This document shows positions 8,970-19,273 of a stretch of DNA of 32,608 nucleotides, one piece after another. Positions within the stretch are counted from its first letter, which is position 1; the number at the start of each line of letters is the position of its first letter. Under the pieces are notes generated by a model, which worked only from the letters and a program-made list of their open reading frames with translations, did not search any database and was not told the DNA's origin. Source of the stretch: Neolecta irregularis DAH-3 (lineage: Eukaryota); the NCBI GenBank assembly GCA_001929475.1, contig LXFE01000467.1, forward strand, positions 1 through 32,608, given 5' to 3'. Made by a program: the position numbers and the translations under genes.

Positions 8970-10801
8970 ATGGTGTTTGCTTCTGAGCCGGCTCGCTCGG
9001 AAAATTATGTCCCCGTGAAAATTGATGAGGGCAGCGGTCTCCAGGGCCAGTTATCTTCTCGTCACATTCAGATGATTGCCATCGCTTCAGCAATTGGTAC
9101 TGGATTATTTATTGGTACAGGTCCGGTTTTGAAGAATGGAGGTCCGGGTAGTCTACTGGTAGCATACATCTTAATCGGCGCTGCTGTATGTCTCTGCGTA
9201 TTGCTCTCAGTATGACCGAAAAGGTGTTTTTTATGATGCAGTGTCTAGGAGAAATGGTCGTGAACCTCCCTGTAAAAGGTACTTGATTTTTATATCATGA
9301 ATATTCCGTTTTTGAAACTAACCTGCCAGGGTCTTTCACAAAGTACGCGGCACGGTTCATTGATCCTGCCCTTGGTTTTGCACTAGGGTGGCAATACTGG
9401 TTTGCGTGGACCTGTGCCCTTCCGGCCGAAATGACTGCTTCAGCCATTCTTATGCAGGTATGCCACTAGTGGTCAAAGTCTTTTCTTTGATCCTCGTAGT
9501 ACTGGACAGAAAAGGTGCCCGTCGCAGTCCTGATCACTATCTTCCTCGTCGGAGTAGCGTGCATCAACTTTTTGCCCGTTCGAATCTATGGCGAGGCAGA
9601 ATTCATCAGTAGTTCGATTAAGATGATAAGTATCATTGGTTTCATCATTCTTTCGTTCGTATGAGTTTGTTCAACGAGTGTAAGCTGAACCTAGGTTTTG
9701 TGCGCTGGTGGTGGTCCAACTCATCACAAACATGGAACAGAATACTGGAGAGATCCAGGTGCATTCAAAAATGGCTTCCGAGGAATTGTTTCTGCCCTCG
9801 TTAGCGCTGCTTTCGCAAGTATACATCTTCCTTGCTCAGCACTTATTGCTTAGTGGGCGGAACTGAGCTCGTGGGAATTGCAGTCGGAGAATCGAAAACC
9901 CCAGCTCGAACTATGCCGAAGGCTGTTCGCGCTATCTTCTTCCGAATTGTGGTATTTTACATCCTTGCAATTTTCATGGTCACCTTACTCGTGCCCTCCA
10001 ATGATCGTCATCTCAACAGCAAAGGTATGACCAATACTTCACCGTTTGTGATTGCGATTCGACATGCTCGTATTCACACACTTCCTTCGATTTTCAATGC
10101 AATGATTCTAATTTGCGTCCTGAGTGTGGCTAGCTCCTCTATTTATGCAGGATCGCGAATTTTGGTGTCTCTTAGCGAGGACGGCTTTGCGCCTGTATTT
10201 TTATCCAAGACCGACAAACAAGGACGACCCCTCTGGGCCCTTGCGGCGACCACTTTAGTTGGAACCGCTCTCTCTTATCTCAATGTTACCGATTCTGGAA
10301 CAGTAGTATTTGGATGGTTTGCCAGTGTTACCGGGCTTGCTATGCTTCTTGTTTGGGCCACGGTATTTCTTGCGCATTTGAGATATAGATCCGCCATGAA
10401 GTTACAGCTCGCCGATTACGAATTGTTAAACACTTACAGAGTATCTTGGTACAAGAGTAAATTTGTCTTCGGATTCGGTGTATGTCTTTTGACCGTCATT
10501 TTTCAAGGGATTGTTTCAGTATGGCCGATCCCTGATACTGATCTCGGTCCTTATGACAACCATTTTAGAGTAAAGGTACTTGTTGCTATGGAATATGTCA
10601 CCTGATCAGACTTAGACCTTTTTCGCAAACTACCTTGGGATTCCGGTGTTTGTTATCATGTGGGCCACTTGGAAGGTTTTCTCTAGATCAAAAATTGTCC
10701 CTGTAGATCATATTGATGTCACGACCGGACGTCGGGACTTCGATATTATTGACTCGGAAAAAGGGAGGAGTAATTGGACAGACTTTCTGAAGAGGAGGTA
10801 G
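8970..10801 (+). CDS. Amino-acid permease (APC/YAT family), multi-exon
   Basis: LSSRHIQMIAIASAIGTGLFIGTG, CLGEM, RFIDPALGFALGWQYW, YGEAEF, YWRDPGAF, GGTELVGIAVGE, SPFVIA, FFANYLGIP, IDVTTGRR. Stop TAG at 10799-10801. Confidence 0.95.
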
Positions 10802-11521
10802 GGGAAGAACCTCTTGTTTTGAGATTATCATGAATAAGGCCCTGAACATTTCTTATTAATATAGTATTCTTCTTTCTTCTTGCAGTTGGTATTCTTGCCA
10901 TCCATTCAACCCTCAGACGTGTAATTTTTGTAGCCAATATAATCAGAACCAATAAGTCATATAATACTTTTTTCCAGAAGAGGTCTAAAGTCGAAGAGCT
11001 TGAGAACTTTCTTTCACTCGGAGTCATTACAAGTTGTATAAGGCGGTCACAATAGTGGTTGATTGCGACTTTTTCACTGTTGAAATGAGTTCTAAGGAAG
11101 ACTACACTAACTGTATTGTCTGTTTATTTGTTGAAACCGCTTTTCTACTCCATTTAACCTTATGTAGGGCTTTCCGTTAGAGCAGAGGTGGGATTGTATC
11201 TCCTTTTGTAAGATTCAACCTCTCCCCACTAATTTCATCTATTGATTCACATACAAATTCATTCAAAATTTTCTCATTCACAGAAGGGATTTAATTTCCT
11301 GCTTCGCGCCTGAGATAATCACCGGTTACCACAATTTGTAAAATTTGGCTTACACCAATTTTTATCCGAGCCATTCAACTAATCTGCAGGTTTCCTATTT
11401 ATTCCATTTACCGCTTAAGCGGAAGATTCTCGAAAGACCTGCTAGGAAAATGCATTCTAAGAGACCCTCATTCAACCATAGTTCCGAGCAGACCATCCTT
11501 GCGGACCCCATAAAATATACG

Positions 11522-12260
11522 TCAGTCTTTAATTGCGGAACCAGAACATTTGACGCATGCAATTAACATAGCTGCCCGTTCTCCTTTTGAAGGGATATAT
11601 CGGCACTCGGTGCATCTTACTCCACTCTTTTTGTACCTGGATGTCAAAATCTCACCAATATCAAATATACCGTAACCCGCAACCATTACACAGGTGACTT
11701 TCTCCCTCAACCCATGGAGCAGGTCTCCAACACGGTGTGGAGTCTGCGGAACAGGACCAACACTTTCTCATGTAGGTCGAGCTTGAGATTTTGGTAGTAC
11801 CTCGAGCAGAAACTGGAGAGCTGGATGAAACAGAACGGCGTTTCCGTCTTTCAGGATGCGGTTTCCGATTCTGAATCTTGAATGACTGAGTGGGATTTGC
11901 TGTTGAAAATCTCCGCTTGGAAGTTGGCTGGCGCATTACATCTTCATTCTCTTCATCGCAAGTAGAGGGGGTTTCGTCTGCCGATGAACTTTCTAGATCG
12001 AGGTCTATTGGAGAGGAAATGTCTTTGGCTGCAGCCTCCTTTGACGAACCAGGGCGTTTTCTTGATGGCGGAGCCGCGTTCCGCGCTAGAGTCTGCTCGT
12101 TCAACGCCGCAAATTCCCTTGCGCGCTGAGTTCTATCCACGACTATCACACTACTGCCCGGGACAGGACTGTCTTGAGTGCTGGTGAATATTGCAGCACC
12201 TTGAGCGCCAAAGAGGTCTGTTATGTCTGCATCTTGCTGGCTTTGATTCAGCTGGTACAT
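11522..12260 (-). CDS. Ash1-type GATA zinc-finger transcription factor; intron 11637-11670; start uncertain (frame open to 12653)
   Basis: CWSC-x20-CNGC finger: CWSCSADSTPCWRPAPWVEGESHLCNGCGLR|YKKSGVRCTECRYIPSKGE...CVKC. PCWRP, GLRYKK..RC and IP.KGE are hallmarks of yeast Ash1. It is preceded by a basic/Ser-rich disordered region. Confidence 0.85.
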
Positions 12261-13215
12261 TTGCGACGGCAGACTGTTGGATGAAAAGCAAGGAGACTGT
12301 AGATCTCGCTCTTGAGCAGTGCAAGCGAACGGAGATTCGCGCGTTGCAGCAGTCATAAGCGTCGGCACCGGATCTCTCACGCCAGACTCTGCTCTGCTGC
12401 AAACAACACCAAAGCCTGTCCTGAATCCTATTGCGAAAGAAGAGTCGAGCGGCAATTGCGGGGTTTTCGTTTTCGCGGCGAGTCTCAGACTCGCAGCAAC
12501 AGGCATGAATTGTCGGGAGCGGCATAGTGGGAATCTAATAGTTATGAGGAACCAGGTACTGGGCGTTCGCAGAGTTGTCCAAGTTCTTGCGCATGGGATC
12601 AAAGAAGTTTGTACGACGTTTCGCAAGGTCGGGCCGCCTAAACGGATCAACACCTCGCTTCAATGGCATGACTCGCTTTGCGCGAGCCTCGGAAATCCGA
12701 CTCCCTTGTCTTGTCGTTCCCTACTCTTTGTGCCATGCTGCTACTATCTGCATAAGCTGGAGGCGGGTGTTGAGACGATTCCGCTGGAGCTCGGTCAGTC
12801 CAATTGACAAATAGTCCAAGACCGGGAAGCCCGCGATGTGAGAAATAGCGCCATGAGCGCAAACAAACACAACTATGCATGGTCACAGGCTGTGAAGCAT
12901 GATCCCTGCTAAATTTTGTCTCCCTTCAGTTCTTATTCGATCTCGCTTTACACCTGGGGATGATAAGAGGATGAGTATACCTTCCAACAGATATTGTCTC
13001 TTTATCTAGCTGAAAACTCTTTCGCTGTCGAATCTTTGTGATGAATCATTACTATTAATAGAAATATTAAAAGTCGATGAGCTTTTGTATAGGCCCGCAA
13101 AATATAGGAAAAACTCTTTGGGAAAACAGCCTCATGTTTTTCTGCTTTGTTCCAAGAAAAGAGTGCGCCAAAGCAAAGGTGAACAGCTGTACTTGCCAAA
13201 TCTACTTGCCAAATC

Positions 13216-14010
13216 CTAACCCGGTACTCCCCATGGCCAATGGTGGCCGGCTGGTTTAGGAGGCCCGTTGCCGTTCGCTTGTTGCTGTTGCTTCAGTAAG
13301 TGCTGCCGCCGTTCCTCTTTCCTAAGTTTGACGAGGCGCGATTCTTCTTCTCGCAGACGTAGAGTCTCTTTTGTAACATCGCCAGTGTCCCTATCGGACC
13401 AAGCATCCAGAAAAGTTAGAACGCTCATTAACAAGCAAATCTCCAGGCCTTTCAGATCTTGGATGCCTAGACGCAACACATTATAGTCCAGCATAGTGAA
13501 TTTTGATGCCTTTGATAAAAGCATGTGCGATTCGAAAAGTGCCACGCTTATCGGGTGGTCATCGGATTTGCGCAACGGGGTATATGAACACCGAAGATTC
13601 CGGCTCAGTAAATTCTCTCGTGTCCCTAGAAAAATCACTCTTTGAACCAATTGAATAAATACAGGTATACAATCCCCCCTCAAATTCAAATTTCCAATTA
13701 AACCGCAATCCCGAAGCTTCCTTCAACGCGACGACATATTCGGGATCGTGAAGAACAATTGATCTTTCCTTCGCATCGAGGTCCTGTGCTTGGACTTCTG
13801 CATTTGTATGTCCATTGATTGGATCTGAGAGAGCGATCAAATAGAAATCCGGATGATAAACCAGGGTCTTGGAATATAAAGGATCGGCGTAATTAGAAGA
13901 TGTTATCGTTACCACTTTATTAGAGCCAGCGGATAACGTATAAGCTGTCCATATAAGATAGAATTTATCGAATAGATGTTTTTACTGATCAGATTATCGT
14001 CCAAAGGCAT
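13216..14010 (-). CDS. Conserved fungal hypothetical protein, 3 exons
   Basis: MPLDDNLIT...LSDP...IVLHDPEYVVALK..GLRFNWKFEFEG.LYTWTRE...RKSDDHPISVA...MLDYNVLRLGIQDLKGLEICLLMSVLTFLD, then a coiled-coil tail. Two short GT-AG introns join ORFs 13559-13915 and 13216-13689. Confidence 0.85.
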
Positions 14011-14189
14011 TTGCACAATGATAAACGAGCTGCGACAGAAAAAACAGGTATAAGACTTGCCGCGCTGCGATTAAGAACCATTCATCTGTCATCCATATAT
14101 TTATTCAGATCAAAAGATTTTTATTACCCGAGAAGATTCATGTAAAGAAAAACGCCAGAGAACCTTTCAATGTGTCGTTTCAGATTGAT

Positions 14190-14777
14190 CACATGTGTTC
14201 CCCGCGAAATGTATGGTACAGGAAACGTAAAGGGAAATAACCACCGCCACCACCCCCGTACCTTGAAAACTTTGTGGCCAATTTGAAGAACCAAATCCTT
14301 TTTGATCCTCTGAAATACAATTGGTACAAGGAATATAAGCAACTCCCAGCCTATTCCTAATACAGTTTTTATACAGGGCTAAAGGCTTTGAGTTACTGCT
14401 TCTATTGGCTTCTAATAGCAATCTCCACTTTGATGCCTTGATACAAAATAGAATTGCTAGATAATTACATCCTGTTCTGTTGCTGACTCATTCTGCTCAA
14501 TCGCTCTGTTGTTGCGAAAAGAGACTTTGAAAAACGCTTAGGGGAATTACCCTCCAGGAACTCGGTTTTCAGAGGCGAGGAGGTCGTGAAGGATGGGTTA
14601 TTTAGGGTTAATGTCAAGTGAACAAAATAAATTGTAATGATTAAGGTGGAGGAGCAGTGGCTGCGAGATAAATGATCTAGGTGGGTATAAGCAAGGCTAT
14701 GAGTGGGTGTGGTGGCGGTGGTTATTATTTCCCTTTACGTTTCGTGGACTTGACATTTCGCATGGAACAAACACGTG
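14190..14777. mobile_element. Non-autonomous DNA transposon relic / MITE-like element with imperfect ~70-bp terminal inverted repeats
   Basis: Left GAAACGTAAAGGGAAATAACCACCGCCACCAC (14222-14253) is the reverse complement of right GTGGTGGCGGTGGTTATTATTTCCCTTTACGTTTC (14709-14743), with a 3-nt indel. Similarity continues outward (GCGAAATGT/ACATTTCGC, TGTTCC/GGAACA) to CAC...GTG ends. No TSD or credible coding interior. Confidence 0.65.
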
Positions 14778-14833
14778 GCACTTTTGCCGTGGCTGAGATA
14801 ACCGTGAATGCATAGATCTATAAACCCTATCGA

Positions 14834-16088
14834 CTAGTATCCCTTGTGAGCAAGCATATCTATAATCAGACCATTGCCAAGCATACTTATCAGACCAGCA
14901 ACTCCTAAATAGAATGCAACCGCATTGAATGCAGGACTATGTCCCAATATCAAATTCCAGGTATTCCGTATCCGATTTGTCTACCTTGAACAAAACAAAC
15001 AGCAGAAAAATGATATACCCAGTTTATGATATCCAGCTGGAAGTCAGAAATATCACATGGGCAGGGGACGTGCATGGTCTACTTCTTCAATTGTCCCGCA
15101 ATACTCCCCCCAAACCGCACTCTTTACACTAACAAGGCCGTCGTTTGGCCCCTCCACTTTATTGATTATTCCTCTCGATCAACTATACCAAAATAGTGAG
15201 ACCTTACTATTACTACCCCAAAAAATACTCCAGAACGCAGGATTCATTGCCGCTCCATAGCTAAAATAGCCTACATCTGGCAAATTCCCGACGTCTGGAT
15301 TGAACTGGTCAATCATATACTTTGCGGTGAGTTGTTCAAATGCTCCAGTCTCCAGACCCAACGATTTAAGAAAATGATAAATCCTGGGCTGTCGCTCAGT
15401 TCCTATGAATTCACAGCAATAATCGGCAAAAGACGATCCTTGAACGAGTCAATTGTTGCGTTAGAAAAAGATAATACCACGATGCGGAGTGACGACTGTA
15501 GTCAGACTTTTCACACCTTTGCAACGAATTTTGGAAATTAGATAGCGCGCATCAAGACCTCCCTATCCTCTCAGAAAGCGATTGAAAAGACATTGGCTAC
15601 CATACTATGTCTACAGCAAGTCAATTTAATAAATTGAGAGGTTAACTAGTTACCCAATTAAATTGACTTGTCTTTCTCCTACTTTAATTCGCATTTCTTC
15701 GGCAAGGACTTGGGCCCGTTCTTGAATTGTCGCGCTCTGAGGGACTCTGGTAATTATAACTTCGATGTCGTTTGCCTCGAGAACTTCTTTGATGCCTCTC
15801 CAGTAGCTGATCGGTGCCACTGAAGATAAACTCAGAGCTTTCGGGAAAAGATCTAAATAGTGAAATTGGGACAACAAATTTGTCCTACTTATAGTATCGA
15901 ACCCAAATAGGCCATGACATAATACAAGTGGCTTGGTGATATCAGCTTTTCGTTCAAAGAGCATGCAAGCACACATATTTCGGGATTCTAGAAATCTTTC
16001 TAATCTTTGAAAACTCATTGGTAAACGTCTTTCCAAACTTTGATATTCTGGGATCGGTAGAGTACCTCCGAATAGCCGAAACAGTCAT
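14834..16088 (-). CDS. TGL2: TGL2-like triacylglycerol lipase (alpha/beta hydrolase), probably mitochondrial, about 10 exons
   Basis: MTVSAIRRYSTDPRI (presequence-like), PKY|PLVLCHGLFGF, YWRGIKEVL, VNLIG|HSM|GGLDARY, TPHRGSSFAD, FNP, NDGLVSVKSA.WG, VDH|LDIINW|TNR, AFYLGVADMLAHKGY*. Confidence 0.93.
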
Positions 16089-16175
16089 TGATAAGAGGAA
16101 ATCACTCAATCTGGGACAATTAAACGATGTCACGCGATCGAAAATGAAGGTGAATTATTTTTCATGTTTTCTGAT

Positions 16176-16206
16176 TTCATGAAATTATTTTGATGATGCT
16201 GCAAAA
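16176..16206 (+). repeat. Partial copy of the right end of the 24856-25066 element
   Basis: TTCATGAAATTATT-n7-TGCTGCAAAA versus TTCATGAAGTTATT-n5-TGCTGCAAAA at 25031-25059. Confidence 0.5.
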
Positions 16207-16363
16207 CGGGTCTTGAGATAAAATGTCCTCATTTAAATGCTAATCTAAAAAAACAATGAATGTATGGAAGTTAAACTAACGAAATCGTCGTGAATACATT
16301 TTCGTTGATCCTCAAAAAAGTCATGCACATAAAATGGAAAAAATACAAAGTTAAGAAAGCCAG

Positions 16364-18439
16364 CTATCTATAATACACTAGTTGCGTCAACTTTGCTGCC
16401 CGAGCCTGAAAATAGTTGCGCTTAATTGGGACTGAAGAATGGGTGGAACTCGACGCCTGAATCGTAGTTGTAGAAAACGGTGATCTCGTGGTCATTGAAG
16501 TTGAAGTATTGGAGGAGCCGAAGGAAGAACTCACAGAGGCCGTTCTAGTTGGTGCACTCACCCAGGTAGTGCTTGTTATGGTAGTTGTCGAAGAAAAACT
16601 TCCCGAAGTATTCGTGGTCGGAGTTGTAGTATTGGTCAGTACAGTAGGCCAAGGAACGCTGTTAGACGTAGTTAAAGTTGTCGCATTCCTTGTAAGACTG
16701 CTCGATGATGTCAAATTTCCAGAGAACGTCTGATTGGAAGCGCCATTTATCTTCGTGATGTTGCCGCTGGCGGTAATGGTAGGCAATGCGACAGTTGAGC
16801 TAGTCGAGTTTCTGTAGATTGGCATTGTGGTGCTTGCTACCATAGTACTGTTGACAGACGATGTGCCGTTGGTAGTAGAATTTGAATTCAAACCACCATT
16901 TGTAGGAATAGCAGTGGTCTGAGTCTGGAGGAGCAGCGAAGTAACAGTAACGGTTTGCAAAACATCAGTTTCGTAGATGTAAATGGTTGGTGCAATTGTG
17001 ACATCAATAGTGATTTGGGCGTTGATAACAACGATACCGGTCTGGAGAATTGTGGTAGTACACGGTTCATGTTGAGTCCTTACCGAAGGAACATAGCTCG
17101 TGATGGTCATGACTGATCCATTCGAACCATTGTAGACCCCGTTAGTTGGCTGAATACCGATAGTTGATGGTACGACTTGAGTAATCGTTTGTGTGGCAAG
17201 AATTGTAGATTGATAGACATACACGGATGGTGCAATGTTGACTGTGACATCAATATGCTGGACAACGAACACGCCAGGATCTAGGAAAGTCGTAGTGGCT
17301 GGCAGGAACTGGGTAATAACTGAAGGCCGAAACTGGGTGACAGTGACGACAGAACGAGAGCCGGTAATTTCATTATGTTGAACTCCAGTAGGAAAGAGGC
17401 CAGAAGTTGAATTGTCAGATCTTTGAATGTTGACAGTTGAAAGTGCAATTTGCGTAACCGTTTGAGTTGCAATTACTGTGGACTGATAAACGTAGACGGA
17501 AGGAGCAACTTCGATCGTAATCTGGATGTTTTCGACAAAGTAGACGCCTACTGCCTGGAATGTTGTAGTCGCCGGGACATAAGAAGTAACAACAGTAGGG
17601 ACGACCGTGGTAATGGTGATAACAGACGATGTTAATTCGTTCTGAACGGCAGAGGGCAACCCGGAACTGTCAGAAATTGTGGTAGCCGGATCAACAGTAG
17701 TTTCAACGACCTGCGTGACAATATTCGCAACAGTACTGACGATTGTCTTGGTGTATGTGTACACGGTCCGAGCAGGAACAGTAATCGTACTATCTTGGAC
17801 AATGTGAGTACCAATTCCAAGCAAAGTTGACTGTGGAGCATAGGAAGTAACATAGGACGGGACAGTGATGTATTGGGTGATTGTTGATACTTTTGCCGGA
17901 ATAACATGATTCTGAACAAGAACAGGAGATCCCATGCCACTTGCTGAAGAGACAATCTGGTTGTTGATGTTGACAGTTTGTCTAGGTGCGGAGGTTATCG
18001 TGCTTGTAAGAACATTGGAAACGTGAACGGTCTTGGTTACTGGGACAACTGAAAGCGGGTCGACTCCGGAGGATGCGGCTTTGCCAGATGGATAGATTGT
18101 TTCATAAGTGATAACGATTTGAGTCGAGTAAACAGTAAAGTACTGAACCGAAGTCACCGGGACTTGATTCGCGTTTAAGTCGGCTATGGATATGCTTGCA
18201 GGCGTTGTCGGACTAGCCTTGCAGGCTGCGTTGTTGGTAACCGTAACATAGACAGTGGTCAGGTTAACTTTAGGAGTTTGCGAGCTGGAAGAGAGTGCTA
18301 CCGGTGCATTCAAAAGAGCGGCAGAGTCCAAGGACGATAAAAGAGAGGAAGCCCCAGAAGAAGCAGAACTCGTCAACGAGACAGCAGGAGCTCCAACGAC
18401 GAAAGGGATGACCAGCAAGAGGGCAACTAGTGCATACAT
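16364..18439 (-). CDS. Secreted Ser/Thr/Val-rich adhesin/mucin-like glycoprotein (about 691 aa) with four ~60-aa beta-rich repeats
   Basis: The probable start is the signal peptide MYALVALLLVIPFVVG at 18439, not the ORF start at 18721. Repeats follow the pattern T.T...P.V.T.Y.P.TTT....G...V....T...AP.VY.Y..T...T.T.TQ. Many N-x-S/T sites. Intronless. Confidence 0.85.
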   Translation of the reverse strand: MYALVALLLVIPFVVGAPAVSLTSSASSGASSLLSSLDSAALLNAPVALSSSSQTPKVNLTTVYVTVTNNAACKASPTTPASISIADLNANQVPVTSVQYFTVYSTQIVITYETIYPSGKAASSGVDPLSVVPVTKTVHVSNVLTSTITSAPRQTVNINNQIVSSASGMGSPVLVQNHVIPAKVSTITQYITVPSYVTSYAPQSTLLGIGTHIVQDSTITVPARTVYTYTKTIVSTVANIVTQVVETTVDPATTISDSSGLPSAVQNELTSSVITITTVVPTVVTSYVPATTTFQAVGVYFVENIQITIEVAPSVYVYQSTVIATQTVTQIALSTVNIQRSDNSTSGLFPTGVQHNEITGSRSVVTVTQFRPSVITQFLPATTTFLDPGVFVVQHIDVTVNIAPSVYVYQSTILATQTITQVVPSTIGIQPTNGVYNGSNGSVMTITSYVPSVRTQHEPCTTTILQTGIVVINAQITIDVTIAPTIYIYETDVLQTVTVTSLLLQTQTTAIPTNGGLNSNSTTNGTSSVNSTMVASTTMPIYRNSTSSTVALPTITASGNITKINGASNQTFSGNLTSSSSLTRNATTLTTSNSVPWPTVLTNTTTPTTNTSGSFSSTTTITSTTWVSAPTRTASVSSSFGSSNTSTSMTTRSPFSTTTIQASSSTHSSVPIKRNYFQARAAKLTQLVYYR

Positions 18440-19273
18440 GACTGAAGAAAAAGAGAGGATAGAAACATCTGGAGGGAGGCAGACAGGGTTATATAGGATG
18501 TGGAATTGGCTGGATCCGATTTGGGTGGAAGGTTGATGGTCGCGATTTACGCGCGCGAGGTAGGAGTCAGCCTCGCTGCGCGGCAAAGCAATTAATGTTC
18601 TCCCCAGCCACCTACAAATGATACACGCGAGGAAAGGTTTCCTGTCGCCGCTGGAATGTTCCTGGTATATTCTGATAGCGGCAAAAGTGCGAGCAGGGGA
18701 TGCTCCGTGAAGCTCGTGCACGAATATCGGACGGGAACCTCGTCAAGAAAATGATGATTGGCTGCCACATGTGCACTATGGTGAATTCCCACTTGATGCT
18801 CTTTTTGCGTTCCGGCATGGGAAGAAATAGACTGCTATCAAGAAATCGTTGACTTTCGTCGAGATTAACAGTAGGAATGATATTGTTCTTTGCGCCACTT
18901 TCCATAATGGAGGGAGTGAAGTTAAGTCATAGATGTAGAGTATTTAAAGTTAACTGTATGGATATTGGGGTGTTGAAAGAGACGTGCATATGAGCAATGT
19001 GGGGAGATGAGGTCGGGCTTTTTTGCAAGTTTGGCGGTACGACGTTAAAATTGGGGGGAGGGGGGATCTTGGTGTTTGGCTACATATATTGATGATATAT
19101 TTGATACAAGTATATTGTTGTAATGTACTATGTATTCTCTAGAATTCTATCAATACTGTAGGATTCGATATTATGTCAATGTTTGATTAAATAAATGCAT
19201 ACAATGAAATGATGCTACATCCCAACTCCAAGCAAATCTATATCTATAATTTACATGAATACCGGTCCGTAGA

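Noticed and set aside
10746-11027. 93-aa minus ORF after the permease
   Set aside because: Overlaps the permease 3' end, AT-rich, with no recognisable motif.
5227-16221. TGAGATAA recurring in intergenic DNA (5227, 11311, 14794, 16214)
   Set aside because: It also occurs in coding sequence (about 10275 on the minus strand and 26457). The count is too low to call a motif without genome-wide statistics.
18440-18721. N-terminal 94 codons of the 785-aa ORF
   Set aside because: Begins at a non-ATG codon and has promoter/UTR-like composition. The signal peptide begins at the ATG at 18439.
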